64,000 nt of DNA from Eledone cirrhosa (lineage: Eukaryota). Where the stretch lies: the NCBI GenBank assembly GCA_964016885.1, contig OZ024745.1:123938001-124002000 (forward strand), in the 5' to 3' direction. The translations under genes were made by a program, and so were the position numbers. Below, piece after piece: positions 50,430 to 63,288 of the stretch. How positions within the stretch are numbered: the first letter of the stretch is position 1; every line of letters starts with the position of its first letter. Below the pieces are notes generated by a model that saw nothing but the letters and a program-made list of their open reading frames with translations, was not told the DNA's origin and ran no database searches.

Positions 50430-50811
50430 AAAACCGTATATATATAAACCATATATATATATATATATAAAACTATATATATATAAAAACCGTATATATA
50501 TATAAAACTATATATATGTGTGTGTGTATGTATACATATATATAAACAGTTTTTTAGTATGTGTGTGTGTCTATCATTCTAGACATGAAAAACACGTGGG
50601 TAAGTGAGAATCCTGAAGGTGTGAGATAAGCATCATTTTCACATCTTCAGGATTCTCACCTATTTATAAGTATGTTGTTTGTCACCTGTATACTGTCATG
50701 CTCTCTATCATTTATGTGGTGTTGAGAACTTTGTTTTGAAGGCAAAACACGTATTTTATATACATAACCAAGTCATGTCTGTGTAAATGTATATACGTAT
50801 ATATATATATG

Positions 50812-51062
50812 ATGGACTCTCCAGCTGCTGATTTACACATCAATCCACATTTGGTGCAGGTGACAGGATCTTGAACAGAGCAGGCTGAACTGCCTGACCG
50901 GACTCTGGTGTCAGATCTTATCTCATAGAGGTGGGCTAAACAAGATTTTTCAAAGTTATTTCTATCTTCGTGACAGACGGTTCTCCATCTTTTACAGTTG
51001 ACAGTCATGGTTTCAAATGAAGAAAGAGGTATGTTGACAGACTTAAGATTGTACTTAAGTAC
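50812..51062 (-). mobile_element. RTE (BovB-type) C-terminal fragment with zinc finger
   Basis: KYNLKSVNI..RWR..FE..CTKCGLMCKSAAG. Confidence 0.65.
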
Positions 51063-51070
51063 ATATATAT

Positions 51071-51408
51071 GGATGCACATGGCTTAGTGGTTAGAGCATT
51101 GGCCTTGCAATCGAAAGGTTGTGAGTTCAATTCTCCGACCGGGTGATGTGTTGTTTCCTTGAGCAAGACACTTTATTTCACATTGCTCCAGTTTACTCAG
51201 CTGAAAATGAGCAAAAGCTGGGGGTTTAACCCTGCAATGGACTGGCCTCCTGTCCAGTGGGGAGTCCATCAATAGCTGGGGGTTTAACCCTGCGATGGAC
51301 TGGTGTCCTGTCCAGGGGGAGTCTTATACTCTCAGCTGCTTCACACTATAAAATCGGTATAAGCACCAACCAAATGAGCCTTCTGGCTTAAGACAGACTT
51401 TAAACTTA
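51071..51408 (+). mobile_element. tRNA/CORE SINE with V-like block, internally duplicated
   Basis: agctgggggtttaaccctgc(a/g)atggactgg..tgtccag occurs twice; matches 59388-59672; older copy at 45455-45650. Confidence 0.85.
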
Positions 51409-51960
51409 GATATCTTTTGATACCAGAAATTGATTTGTAGATTTTTCTGCACACTACACAGTTTGTCTCACCTGGTCTTGGAAAGAGAGTATTGTGTACA
51501 GTTGGTCTTTCACGTGATTTTAAATAAATGACATACCCAGATTTAGCGAGCAGTAGATGACCACATGTTTCACATCTCCAGCTCCTTATATTCTCATTGA
51601 GGTTCATAATATGAACCATATGAAACCAACACTTAAGTTGTTCATGTTCAAAATGTTTCTCTTCAAACATAAGGCAGCCTTCTCTAACATGTTTTCTCCA
51701 CTCAGCTCTCTCTAAATCTAAGACATTCCAGTTCTTATTGTCAAAATGTAGACCTTAAAGTTTGCTTTTTATGCAGTCATTTTTGTTATTGTTGTTGCTG
51801 TTGTTGTTGCTGTTTTGTTTTTTTGTGCAGAAAGCATTTCCCAGTGTGCAACTGACTACAAAATAGTTGCTTTGGGAGTCTATCATATTTCATGCCTAAC
51901 AACATCTCCTAACCAACACAATTGAGAAGATATAACAGATTCAATACTAAATAGTATTTG
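51409..51960 (-). mobile_element. Another RTE C-terminal fragment with two zinc fingers
   Basis: EWRKHVREGC.MFEE..CETCG..CVVCRK.YKS.SG.KR. Confidence 0.65.
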
Positions 51961-52357
51961 CTCTCAAACACTTAGAAATTATTGAGCTGAATTTTCTGTG
52001 AAATAAATTTGCTTTAGCTTAACAAGAAGAAAAAAAAAGAAAAATCTAAAAGAAGAATCATGTATTACATCATGTGAGGTGATGTGGAAATGTAAAAGGT
52101 TATATGTTAAGGTCTAAGTAGTTTGTCTGTTATTAAATGTATTTTATGCTGAAGTTTAAAACAACAATACATCATATTGACAGATTTTACAAAATAGAAG
52201 ATTTATCGGAATTCTATGAGTGGAAATATTGTTGTGCCATAATACAACAATGTTAAAAATGTCAAATCTATACATTATAAAAAATACTTGGAAACAGCTT
52301 TCTCATCCTATCTCATTCACTGCTTTCTAATTCTTCTGCTGAGCTATAAACACATAA

Positions 52358-52447
52358 ACAATACATATACATATTACAATACATATACATATTACAATAC
52401 ATATACACATTACAATACATATACATATTACAATACATATACATATT
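52358..52447. repeat. 18-bp tandem repeat x5
   Basis: acaatacatatacatatt. Confidence 0.9.
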
Positions 52448-52714
52448 CACACTCAAAGATTCACCCATACATTTATAATATGTTTTTGGCTTTCTTAATG
52501 TTGTTTTGTTTTTTTATTAAATCAAAATTAGATTTGAATTGATCGACTAGTATGCAATTGCATTTAATTTTTATATCGCATTAATTTATGAATGAATTTA
52601 TTATGAATTAATTTGAACATTCTAAAAGTGTCTGGGTTGATTTTTCATCTAAATTAAGTGAATCAGAAATATTAAATGATATCATAATATTGTTATAGTA
52701 TAATAAATAAATTA

Positions 52715-52876
52715 TTGTTATCATCATCATTATTTTCCACCACATCATCCTCCTCCTCCTCCTCCTCATCATCATCATCATCAACATCATCATCATCACC
52801 ACCATCATCATCAACATCACATTATCATCCTCACCAACACCATCACCAGCTTTATCATCATCACCATTACCATCAT

Positions 52877-52926
<50 letters not shown>
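52715..52926. repeat. (CAT/CAC/CCT)n tract
   Basis: Direct inspection. Confidence 0.95.
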
Positions 52927-53329
52927 ATTACACAGACACATATACTGAAGTATGAGTCCATAAGCATGTGTTACCTGTATTATTTCTACCTGAGGTTCCA
53001 GCCCAGCCTATATCTTGAAGAACAGATTGACACTCCTGTAAATATTTCCATGGCTAATGGAAAATATGCTATCCGACAGATCACCCAAAGCTAAACTCAG
53101 TTATTATATTTTTTTCTTTTCCAAGAATACATTGCACAATGTTTTACCTTTAGTGAGGCACAGAAACCTTAGTTTTGTCATTTCTCAGTCCTGAGCAACT
53201 TCCTTGAGGAAGGAGACAGTTGTTTATAGACAATGTTGCCATAGATCCTTCTTTTCTTCAGAATCTGCTCAATTTAAAAAACTATTAGCTTGTCAGTTTT
53301 TTATTCTATAATGTTTTTTATTCTACAAT

Positions 53330-53779
53330 GGAGCTAAAGACGAACGAGGCATTACTCCCTGAAGCAGATATAAACTATGCAGTGTGGAAATGCCTAAACA
53401 AACTAAGATCTGGTGTTGGACGTGCAAAAGTCACTCTTGCAAAATGAGGATATTTAAAGGATGTTGACATTGTGTGTGACTGTGGCATCCAACCATAGAC
53501 TACACAGCACCACCCGATATGCCCTCTGCTGGAACACCCCAGCACAGCATTGACATTCTTGTAGAGACGACAAGAAGGATGGGGATGTTGTATGTGACTG
53601 CGGCTTCGAACCACAGACTATGCAGCACCTCCTGATATACCCCCTGCTGGAACAACCCAGCACAGCATTGGACTTGGCAGAGTTTAATGAGAAAGGACAG
53701 CAATGTGTTCAGCTGTGGCGGAACTACATCTAGTCAAGCTTTGTAAATGACACTCTTGTAGACACAACAAGAAGAAGAA
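53330..53779 (+). mobile_element. Ingi/Vingi-like LINE 3' end with duplicated zinc-knuckle segment
   Basis: WKCLNKLRSGVGR...LAK.GY..CDCG..QT..H...PL, repeated; (GAA)n tail. Confidence 0.6.
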
Positions 53780-54107
53780 CAGATATATTTGGATATTTCT
53801 TTTTTTTTTGTCGGGAGATTATTTCTCTTTCCATAGTGACCATGTCACTAAAAACTAGAACAGGAATGGAAGAGATAACTAAAAGAAAAATGTAATGAAG
53901 CGTCTTTTTGTCTCCAAACGAGCAAAACTATGCAAATGATTCATAGATACTTTTCTTTCTACAGAAAAACACACATAAATGTAGAAGTTTTCTATACTTA
54001 AACCCTTTAGTAATTCCTAAACTTTGCAGGTTTCAAAATAAACATATCTTAACTATGCAAGAAAATTAATAATTGTAATAGTACTAGTACTAGTAAAAAT
54101 AACTGTG

Positions 54108-54920
54108 TAGTAATAATTGTTTATACTTTTGGTACAAGGCCAGCAATTATTCCAGTGTATTACTGGTACTTTATTTTATCGACCCTGTAAGGATGAAAGG
54201 CAAAGTTAACCTCGGCGAGATTTGAACTTAGATCATAAAGGGATGTAACTATGCTAGAAAGCATGGCATCCAACCCTCTAGTAATAATAATGGTTTCTCA
54301 TATAGGCACAAGGCCATTAATTTGGAAGGAGGGGAAGTCGATTAAATCGACCCCAGTGCGTGACTGGTACTTTATTTTATCGACTCCGTAAGGATGAAAG
54401 TTGAAGTTTACTTCGGTGGGATTTGAACTCAGATCATAAAGGGTGTAACTCTATGCTGCAAAACATGGCGTCTACCACTACTGCCAATCCACCGCCCTCA
54501 ATGTAGTAATAATAATTGTTTATACTTTTGGCACAAGGCCAGTGATTACCCCAGTGCATTACTGGTACTTTATTTTGTTGACCCCGTAAGGATGAAAGGC
54601 AAAGTTAACCCCGGCGGGATTTGAACTCAGACCATAAAGGGACATAACTATGCTCCAAAGCATGGCATCCGGCCCTCTACCAATACTGCCAATCCACCGC
54701 GTAATAATAATGGTTTCTTATTTAGGCACAAGGCCAGCAATTGGAGGGGGGGGTCGATGAAATTGACCCCAGTGCGTGACTGGTACTTTATTTTATCGAC
54801 CCCGTAAGGATGAAAGGCAAAGTTAACCTCGGTGGGATTTGAACTCAGACCGTAAAGGGCCATAACTATGCTGCAAAGCATGGTGTCCGGCCCTCTACCG
54901 ATACTGCCAATCCACCACGT
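54108..54920 (-). mobile_element. Head-to-tail array of four SINE A copies
   Basis: Copies start at ~54108, 54282, 54505 and 54702; short and long variants alternate. Confidence 0.9.
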
Positions 54921-55523
54921 AATAATAGTGATAACAAAGACAACAAGAATGCTATTAATATCATTATATTAACCCAATATCATTATAATTTAGAAATATT
55001 ATTGTAACGGGGAATATTGATTTATTTTCAGAAGAAAGCTTTCAACTAACAAGTATTATTGCAACGTGTTGATATATGAGTCTGTGAGAGATTAATATTA
55101 TTGTTGGTGCTATTGTTTTGGATGTCTTTATGCTTGCCTGAGTTAGACAGTGTGGCAAGATAATAGGATCACTCTGGCTTATCCTCATCCTCAAGATATC
55201 AATGTTTTTCTCGATTTTTGCATGTTTTCCTTCTACCTTGAAAATTCTTCAATTAACAACAACACATGCATGCACACAAATACACAAATACACGCATACA
55301 CACGCAGAGACACAAACATGTATATATATGTGTGTATGTATATAACCCATGCTAGTGTGGAAAAATTGATGTTAAACGGTATGTTGATGATGATATATAT
55401 ATGTATATATATATATGTATATATATATATATACACACACTTATGTATATATAATATATATATACACACATATATACATGTATATATATATTTTTTTGTA
55501 TATATATATATACATATATGTAA

Positions 55524-55555
<32 letters not shown>

Positions 55556-55559
55556 GTAA

Positions 55560-55636
<77 letters not shown>

Positions 55637-56406
55637 TATATATATATAAATAATGTTAACCCGTATTTTTGCGTTTGTGTGTGTTTATGGAACTGAATGT
55701 GCATGAATGTGCAAGTGTGTTTAAATGTGTGCATGTGTATATATGTTTAGTAAGGACAGCCAATTGTGACATGTTTACTTGTGATACACTTGATGCATTT
55801 CCATATAACGCAACCATATTTCTTCTCCACAGTGGATATCGTGTCAGCTTTACTTCAACAAACTTATGTAATCTATGCTAGCATATAAAAAACACTCACA
55901 CAACAACTTAGGCATTATCAGCATCATCATGATCTTCTTCATCAGGAAAACCAATAACAAAAACAACACAATTCCTACAAATAATTGTGAAGACAACAGC
56001 AAAGATAATGACATTACCAAATTTTCTGGGATTTTTTTCTTTTAAATGTTTCCTAAAACTTTACTTGTTTTCCAAAATCAAAAGCTGAAAACTTCTCTTA
56101 TAGATCTGATAAGTGTAACTGATGTAAGATGGATTATCAGATCAGGTCATTTTTATCTAGATACTACTGTTCTGAATACCAACTGCTATACCATAAAATA
56201 AAATGAACCAAAAAGAGAGTCTCTATATGGTTACATGACAAGAACTGATATAAACGGCAGCCATGCTTTCTTTAATGTACAATCAACCATCTTTAACAAA
56301 AAATAATAGACACACTGGATGGTGTAGTAGAAAGAATGATTATGATGTTGATGATGATGATGATGATAACAACAACAACAACAACAACAATTATGTTAAT
56401 GTAGAT

Positions 56407-57582
56407 CAAAGGTTCTCAAGGGGGGCGTTTGAAGCTTTGGGGGGCACCGGAAGGCTCTTTACTTTGGTAAATTTTATAGGCCATATCTGTACGTCTCTGA
56501 GACAGCCAGTATGAATGCACTTGAATGAAGAAAACGAAGAAAAATAAAAGAAGCTTGTCACGAATTCCCTAGGGGGATAAAAGAAAGAGGAAAGAAATCA
56601 AAGAAAATGAAAATAAGGGCAACGTCAACTATGAGAACAGTTACAAGAACAACTTCAACAAAAATGACAACAAAAAGAAGCAATGGTGATGAAAGGTGTG
56701 GGTGTATACTTATATATACATACATACGAACATACACACGCAGGCATACGTACATACATACATGCATACATACATACACATATATACACACACAAGCTGG
56801 CGTTGGTGTTTGATGAGGTTGAAAAACTATAGTAGTTAATCTCCCGAGGTAATAAAATCTGGAGGCAAAATTCTGTCCTTACCAAAAAAAAAACATAAAT
56901 CATGTCACATATACACACACTTAAATACAAATGCATGTCAGTAGACAATCCACTAACCTCATACCACAGCCCATCCCACTAAGCAACCATGACCACCACC
57001 ATATCATCACATCCACCCCCACATACTCTACACGCCAAGGCCAACCCACCACCACCACACCACAGCCCATCTCATCCACCGACTGTCACCAACATCTCAC
57101 CATCACACCCACCCCCATATACACTACAGGCCAGTACATTGCCTTGACCCTTCCCACCAATCAAAACAACTCATTTTGTCAAACTCTTGAAACTCTGACT
57201 TTACCACATAGCATGTATTTCATTTTCTTATAGCATTTTAAGAGGGTCCGTCGAGCTGCCGATTATTGAGTCGGGCAGGAACGATATAGATCGAACCTTG
57301 AGCTGATCAGTGGCGAAACGTGCGTCACCTATCAATAAATGCAATGAAGGAATAATCAATCGTCCTTTTTATCCTTTCTATATATTACACTCTGTATAGC
57401 TCTACATATCATCACAGAAGTGAACCTAAACATCGAGTGCTCACCCGGGTGAACCTGCAGTAACTCCTAGTTACACCCACTGGATATATATATATATATA
57501 TATATATAAGGGATACAGATATTGTTTCGTGATTTCGAGGGGAAAAATGGGGCATTTGACCAAAGTTGGTTGAGAACCTTTG
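56407..57582. mobile_element. Non-autonomous hAT (Charlie-like) element with cargo
   Basis: 13-bp TIR CAAAGGTTCTCAA, perfect 8-bp TSD ATGTAGAT (56399 and 57583). Confidence 0.85.
57245..57329 (+). ncRNA. Degenerate hammerhead with extended stem II (Penelope-like terminal remnant, ~56940-57485)
   Basis: GGT / ccgtcga / gctgccgat...atcagtggc / GAAA CGTGCG TC / ACC, then AATAAA; core has 2 mismatches. Confidence 0.45.
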
Positions 57583-57858
57583 ATGTAGATGATGAAAACA
57601 GAAACAACCTATTTATAGTAGGAGCTTTGGGAATGATAAAAACACAAAGACAAATACATAACCAAAACCCAGGACTTACAAATATATACAGTATAGAGAA
57701 AGTAACCCTACTAGGCATTGTGCACACATTACGAAGAATACTCTTAATACAATAGAAACAACATCACCAAAAACAACAACTGACATACCTAAGGCACACA
57801 GAACTGTGTTTGGTAATGCAGTGATAATGTGCAATGAAAACAAAACTAATAATAATTA
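57583..57858 (+). mobile_element. R4/Dong-like 3' end
   Basis: IVGALGMIK..PGLTNIYSIEKVTLLGIVHTLRRIL, (TAA)n tail. Confidence 0.7.
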
Positions 57859-58232
57859 TTTCTACTTTAGACGCAAAACCAACAATTCTGGGGAAAAGAA
57901 AAGTTGATTAAATCGACCTGTATTACTTATAAATGTCAATTTAAAACAGAATCGTACAACCAGCAACCAATAACGTTCAACGACATGTTTACTTTTCCTT
58001 CGGAAAACCACCCAGGTTGATGGATGTGAATCCGAAATATAGGAACTAATAAATCTTTTAAGGTGCACAGACTCTGGCATTCTTCCTCTTTTCTTCTTCC
58101 ACCTTTTACCTTTGTTTATGTTTCTTTTCCTTCTCCTTCTCCTATTGCCACTGGATTTCGTTGCCAGAAGATTTAACTATCATTGCCAGATTTAACCATC
58201 TGCATTGTAGAGGCTTCCAAACTGACTACTTT

Positions 58233-59055
58233 TTACTTATACTTTATTTTATCAAACCCGAAGGGATGAAAGGAAAAGCTAAGCTTGGCAGGATTTGAAC
58301 TTAGAAATTAAAGGGCCGTAACTCTATGCCATCAAGCAATACTACCAACCCCCCCTCCACCACCACCACTTAATATTAATAATAATTGTTTCTACTTTTG
58401 GCACAAGGCCAACAATTTTTGAGGGAGAAGAAAGTTGATTAAATTGACCCCAGTGCATTACTGGTACTTTATTTTATCAACCCCATAAGGCTAACCTTGG
58501 CAGGATTTGAACTCAGATAGTAAAGGGACATAACTCTATGCCATAAAGCTTGGTGTCCGATGCTCTATCAATACTACCAATCTACCACCTTTAATATTAA
58601 TAATAATTATTTCTACTTTTGGCACAAGGCCAGCAATTACCTCAGTCCATTACTGGTACTTAATAATAATTGTTTCTACTTTTAGCACAAGGCCAGCAAT
58701 TACCCCAGCGTATTACTGGTACTTTATTTTATTCACCCCGTAAGGATGAAAGGCAAAGTTAACCTCAGCGGGATTTGAACTCAGATTGTAAAGGGATGTA
58801 ACTCTATGGTGGAAAGTATGTCTGACCCTCTACCGATACTGCCAATCGACCGCCCTGGTACTTAATAATAATTGTTTCTACTTTTGGCACAAGGCCAGCA
58901 ATTACCCAGTACATTACTGGTACTTTATTTTATCGACCCCGTAAGGATGAAAGGCAAAGTTAACCTCGGCGGGATTTGAACTCAGAATGGCAAGAGCCAT
59001 AACTCTATGCGTCAAAACATGGCGTCCGACCCTCTACCGATACTGCCAATCCATC
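58233..59055 (-). mobile_element. Head-to-tail cluster of about five SINE A copies
   Basis: Repeated taataattgtttctacttttggcacaagg tails; duplicated junction ctggtacttaataat. Confidence 0.9.
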
Positions 59056-59217
59056 ATGTTATCTTTGAATATCTTATAATCAATTTAACACAAATTTCTT
59101 AGCATAATGTTACCATATATCTTCTCTTCTTATCCTCATATCAAATTTGAATCACTTGGCAAGTCACTTTACTATTGGTGTTGCATGCTTCTATGAAATA
59201 ATCAATTCAAAGTCATT

Positions 59218-59995
59218 TTAACCCTTTTAGTACCATATTTTTAATGAAAGTCATAGCCTGTAACTTTTAAAATCATTTTTTAAAAAGTTTAAAAGTTTGG
59301 AGGGATTAAGTAATATAACTAACTTTTTCATTAGTAAGTTGTTGTTTAACCCTTTAGCATTTACATTACTCTATATTTACTATTAGTGGAGGCACGTGGC
59401 CTAGTGGTAAGAGTGTTGGACTTACGATCATAATGTCGTGGGTTCGATTCCTGGGCTGCGTGTTGTGTTCTTGAGCAAAACACTTCATTTCACGTTGTTC
59501 CAGTATACTAAGCTGGAAATGAGTACCAGCAATAGCTGGGGGTTTAACCGTGCAATGGACTGGCGTCCTGTCCAGCGGGGAGTCTTGTACTCTCAGTCAC
59601 TTCACGCCATGAAACCGGGATAAGCACCGGCCAAATGAACCTTCTGGCTTAAGACAGACTTTAGACTTTTAGATATTTACTACTGTATTTTTGGGGTAAA
59701 CACTTTATCTCACATAATTATTTCACATAATATCGAATCTATGAGATTTTGATATTATTTATTTTGAGGACAATACATTAACATAAGTATGAGCGGCCAG
59801 TTACAGCTGGTTTGAACAGAAAGGGTGAGAGAATTTCTGGCCGGATATGGCTGGTTTAAATGGTAAAGGGTTAAAACATTACTTAACAAAGGTTCAGACA
59901 TTATGTAAGTTTATTTTAGATAAATATAAACATTTCAAAGAAGTAGCAGTAGTTTCGGGGGATGGTGGTACACTTTTGGATTAAAATATGATCTA
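59218..59995 (-). mobile_element. MITE C containing MITE B (59346-59874, +), which contains a SINE
   Basis: TTAA on both sides of B; family C halves outside. Confidence 0.7.
59388..59672 (+). mobile_element. tRNA/CORE/V-like SINE
   Basis: A box TGGCCTAGTGG, B box GTTCGATTCC; TSD atatttacta. Confidence 0.9.
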
Positions 59996-60001
59996 ACCAC
60001 T

Positions 60002-60036
<35 letters not shown>

Positions 60037-60378
60037 AACCTCCAATCTTTGACATTAGAGATAGAATGGAATCTCTATACCATTTCCTGTCAGCATTACT
60101 TGGCAAGCTAATTAGAACACTAGATTAACCCCTTTACTTCCTTCCGAAGAAGAGATATTATCTCGAAAATTAAGGATATTCAAATAAATTTAAGTTAAAA
60201 GGGTAATTGTCAGCAATATCTTTTGCATTTGTATTTATATTCTAAGTCCATACCTGCATTGTTCTGGCCTTCTAACTCCAAACGTTTATATATATATAAA
60301 CAGTGAGTGTGTTCTGTTATTAATTCTGGCAATATTACACAAATATGACCCTCCCCAAGTATAACTATAAATAAATAA

Positions 60379-60438
<60 letters not shown>

Positions 60439-60945
60439 TAATAAAATAATGAATAAACAAAGAAACAGTTCCTTATATCAAAAAATTCATCATTTTACGA
60501 TCGTTTCTAGGATATATATGTTAGTGTTGGTATGCATATCCTATAGATCAATGTACAATATTTATACAAACTATCAGAGGGAATATACATACCTACACAT
60601 ATATATGCTGTCTTCAGAAATAATGATACTTGTTTATTGAAAAAACCAACAAAGATTTAATACAATAGGTCTGTTTGGGAACAGGTTTTGAATTGACCAA
60701 TAGAGAGATAGTGAAGGTCAAGATAGTATTATAGTAGTAAAAGAACCTTAATTTATGGGTAGAGGAAGGTAGATTTCAGTTTTGGATGGAAAGAGTATTA
60801 TCTTGACTCTGTTTTCCGTTAATTTTCACCGGAAAAATGTTTTGAATACATCTTCTCTATTCGGATTACATTGAGTTCTTCATACGGATTGGACACTACC
60901 GTACATTTTGGTAGATTTATATATATATATATATATATATATATC

Positions 60946-61245
60946 GTGGAGGCTGTGAGTTCAATTCTCAGACCGGCTGATGTGTTGTTTCCTTGAGCAA
61001 GACACTTTATTTCACGTTGCTCCAGTTTACTCAGCTGTAGAAATGAGATGGGACCCCAGTCCCTATCATTCCACTGTAAAATGGTCGTGGAGGTGCCTCG
61101 GCAAAAGAGCACCCAGCCCACACTGTAAATGAGGTTGGTGTTAGGAAGGGCATCCAGCTGTAGAAATCAAGCCAGAATCAGTTCCCGTCCCACCCTTGCA
61201 AGCAGGGAAAAAAGGGACGTAAAATGAAATGGTGATGAAAATGAT
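60946..61245 (+). mobile_element. SINE with RTE tail (head deleted)
   Basis: Matches 6805-7135. Confidence 0.85.
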
Positions 61246-62868
61246 GTATATATATATGGTGTGTGTCCTCATAGTGAGATCCTTTCACTTTACTGCTTCA
61301 AATTGAAGCCTATAATATCTAGGAGTTTTAAAATATATTTATATATTGTATTTGTTATCCTTAGATAAAGTTAGTTTTAAAGAAAATTTAATTGTATTCA
61401 TTCAAAGAAAATAACATTGAAATAACGCCAGAGTTTAAATCTGTAATTAAATCGAATATAACGATATTTCACACAGTAAAGAAACAATAAAAAAACATGA
61501 ACAAACTATTACAGTCAAATTAAACAAAGAAACAACAAAAACAACGTTTAATTAGAAAGCTATGTTAATTATCTTGATTTACATGTTGCTGATTATTTGT
61601 TATGGATGCACAACATTATTCATTTAGTCTCTATTGTTGCCATTATTATTGTTATTATTATTGTTGTTGTTGATATCATTATTACTGTTGTTGTTGTGTT
61701 TTGGCATGACTACTCTGTGTGGATTGGATTATTTCCAAATTTTGCTGAATTTTATTTTTACCTGCTTTGGATTATTTTGCAAACAGGGGAACTTCAGAAT
61801 ATGTGGATAATTATCCCACTGCCTCAGATTGTCAAAAGCTCTGTCTTTTAGATATTGCTGCTCACTGAAAAAAAAGTATCTTAGGCTTACATACAATTCA
61901 ATATAGTCTCTTCAAGTAGAGAGGCAGAAGGAGATACCATCTAGAAAGATTGGATATGTCCTTCACACAAAACAAATGTTAGATTAATTTTCAAATACAC
62001 AAAAATGTATTTAGAATGAAAAAAGAGAGTCAGTCATAATTCAGAAAAGATAAAAGGAATAAAAATAGTAATGGAACAGACAGATATGCTTATTATCTCA
62101 GACAGTCACGATTTGACACCTGAAAACTTAAATTTGCACAACATAAACAAGAGTATTAGCAACAAGAAGAACAATAACACCATTGTATATGATATTAGCA
62201 TGATTATTAACAACTCTTTTTATAGCATTACAGGCCAAAGAGAAGATTGAGACACTGATTAAATCCAGTCACAGAAAGAAGTATGGCAGCAAGATGTTAG
62301 ACAATTGTTTAAAGTTTTGCTGCTGGGTGTATTCCCATAAAGATTAAACCTATCATCATTGTATAATATTTTTAATTAAATACATTACCTGTGTTTCAAT
62401 AAATTTTGAAAATAACTAAACATTTATAGGAAATTAATAAAATAACTAAATTCTTCATTAGTACACTTATATTTAGAATATTACTTAACAAACATTTCTA
62501 AAATAAAATTATGATGGAACTGCTTTCAGGAGTTTTAGCAGGCAAACTAACAGGTAGGGAAAATTACATATGCAGTAGATGTTCAGGGAAATTTGACAGT
62601 AGAAGTCACAATGATAGACACATTTTTCAAATGCAGGTAGTATCTAGAATAAGGACGGGTGGCAGATAAAGGAATTACCTCTAGATATAGGGGTTAGTAG
62701 CAAATATAGGAATAAGTGTCATCCTGGATCAAAAACAGGGTGCTATTTGGCAAGTTATAGTATTTGGCAGCCAACCAGTGTAAAGTCACATGTGAAGCCA
62801 TGAGAAGCAGCATAGGCGATATGCAATCTCAGCAAATGTGTCATCCATTAACTAACAGCAACTGTCAC

Positions 62869-63030
62869 ATAATTGTTTCTATCTTTTGGCACAAGGCCAG
62901 CAATTACCCAGTGCATTACTGGTACTTTATTTTATCGACCCCATAAGGATGAAAGGCAAAGTTAACCTCGGCGGGATTAGAGGTTAACTTTGCCTTTCAT
63001 CCTTACAGATGCCTTTCATCCTCACATAAT
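62869..63030 (-). mobile_element. 5'-truncated SINE A with fold-back inversion
   Basis: 26-bp perfect IR 62944-62969 / 62980-63005; TSD tcacataat. Confidence 0.8.
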
Positions 63031-63242
63031 GCTAGGCAGAGTGTCATCCATTAACTAATAGCAACTGTCACATAATACTAGGCAGAGGAAACTCTCTCTG
63101 GTCAATTACTAAAATCACAGAGTACCCAAAATATATTGCTGCCAATGTCTATAAACCTGGTGACCATAAATGTTTTTAAGCTATAAAAAGATTTGAAATG
63201 ACTTTGATCCAAGGAAATTTGACCAGATAATGATGATGCTAA

Positions 63243-63280
<38 letters not shown>

Positions 63281-63288
63281 TGAGTGCC

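Noticed and set aside
59388-59460. tRNA gene-like heads (also 6805, 51071)
   Set aside because: They continue into SINE bodies and lack a proper acceptor stem and terminator.
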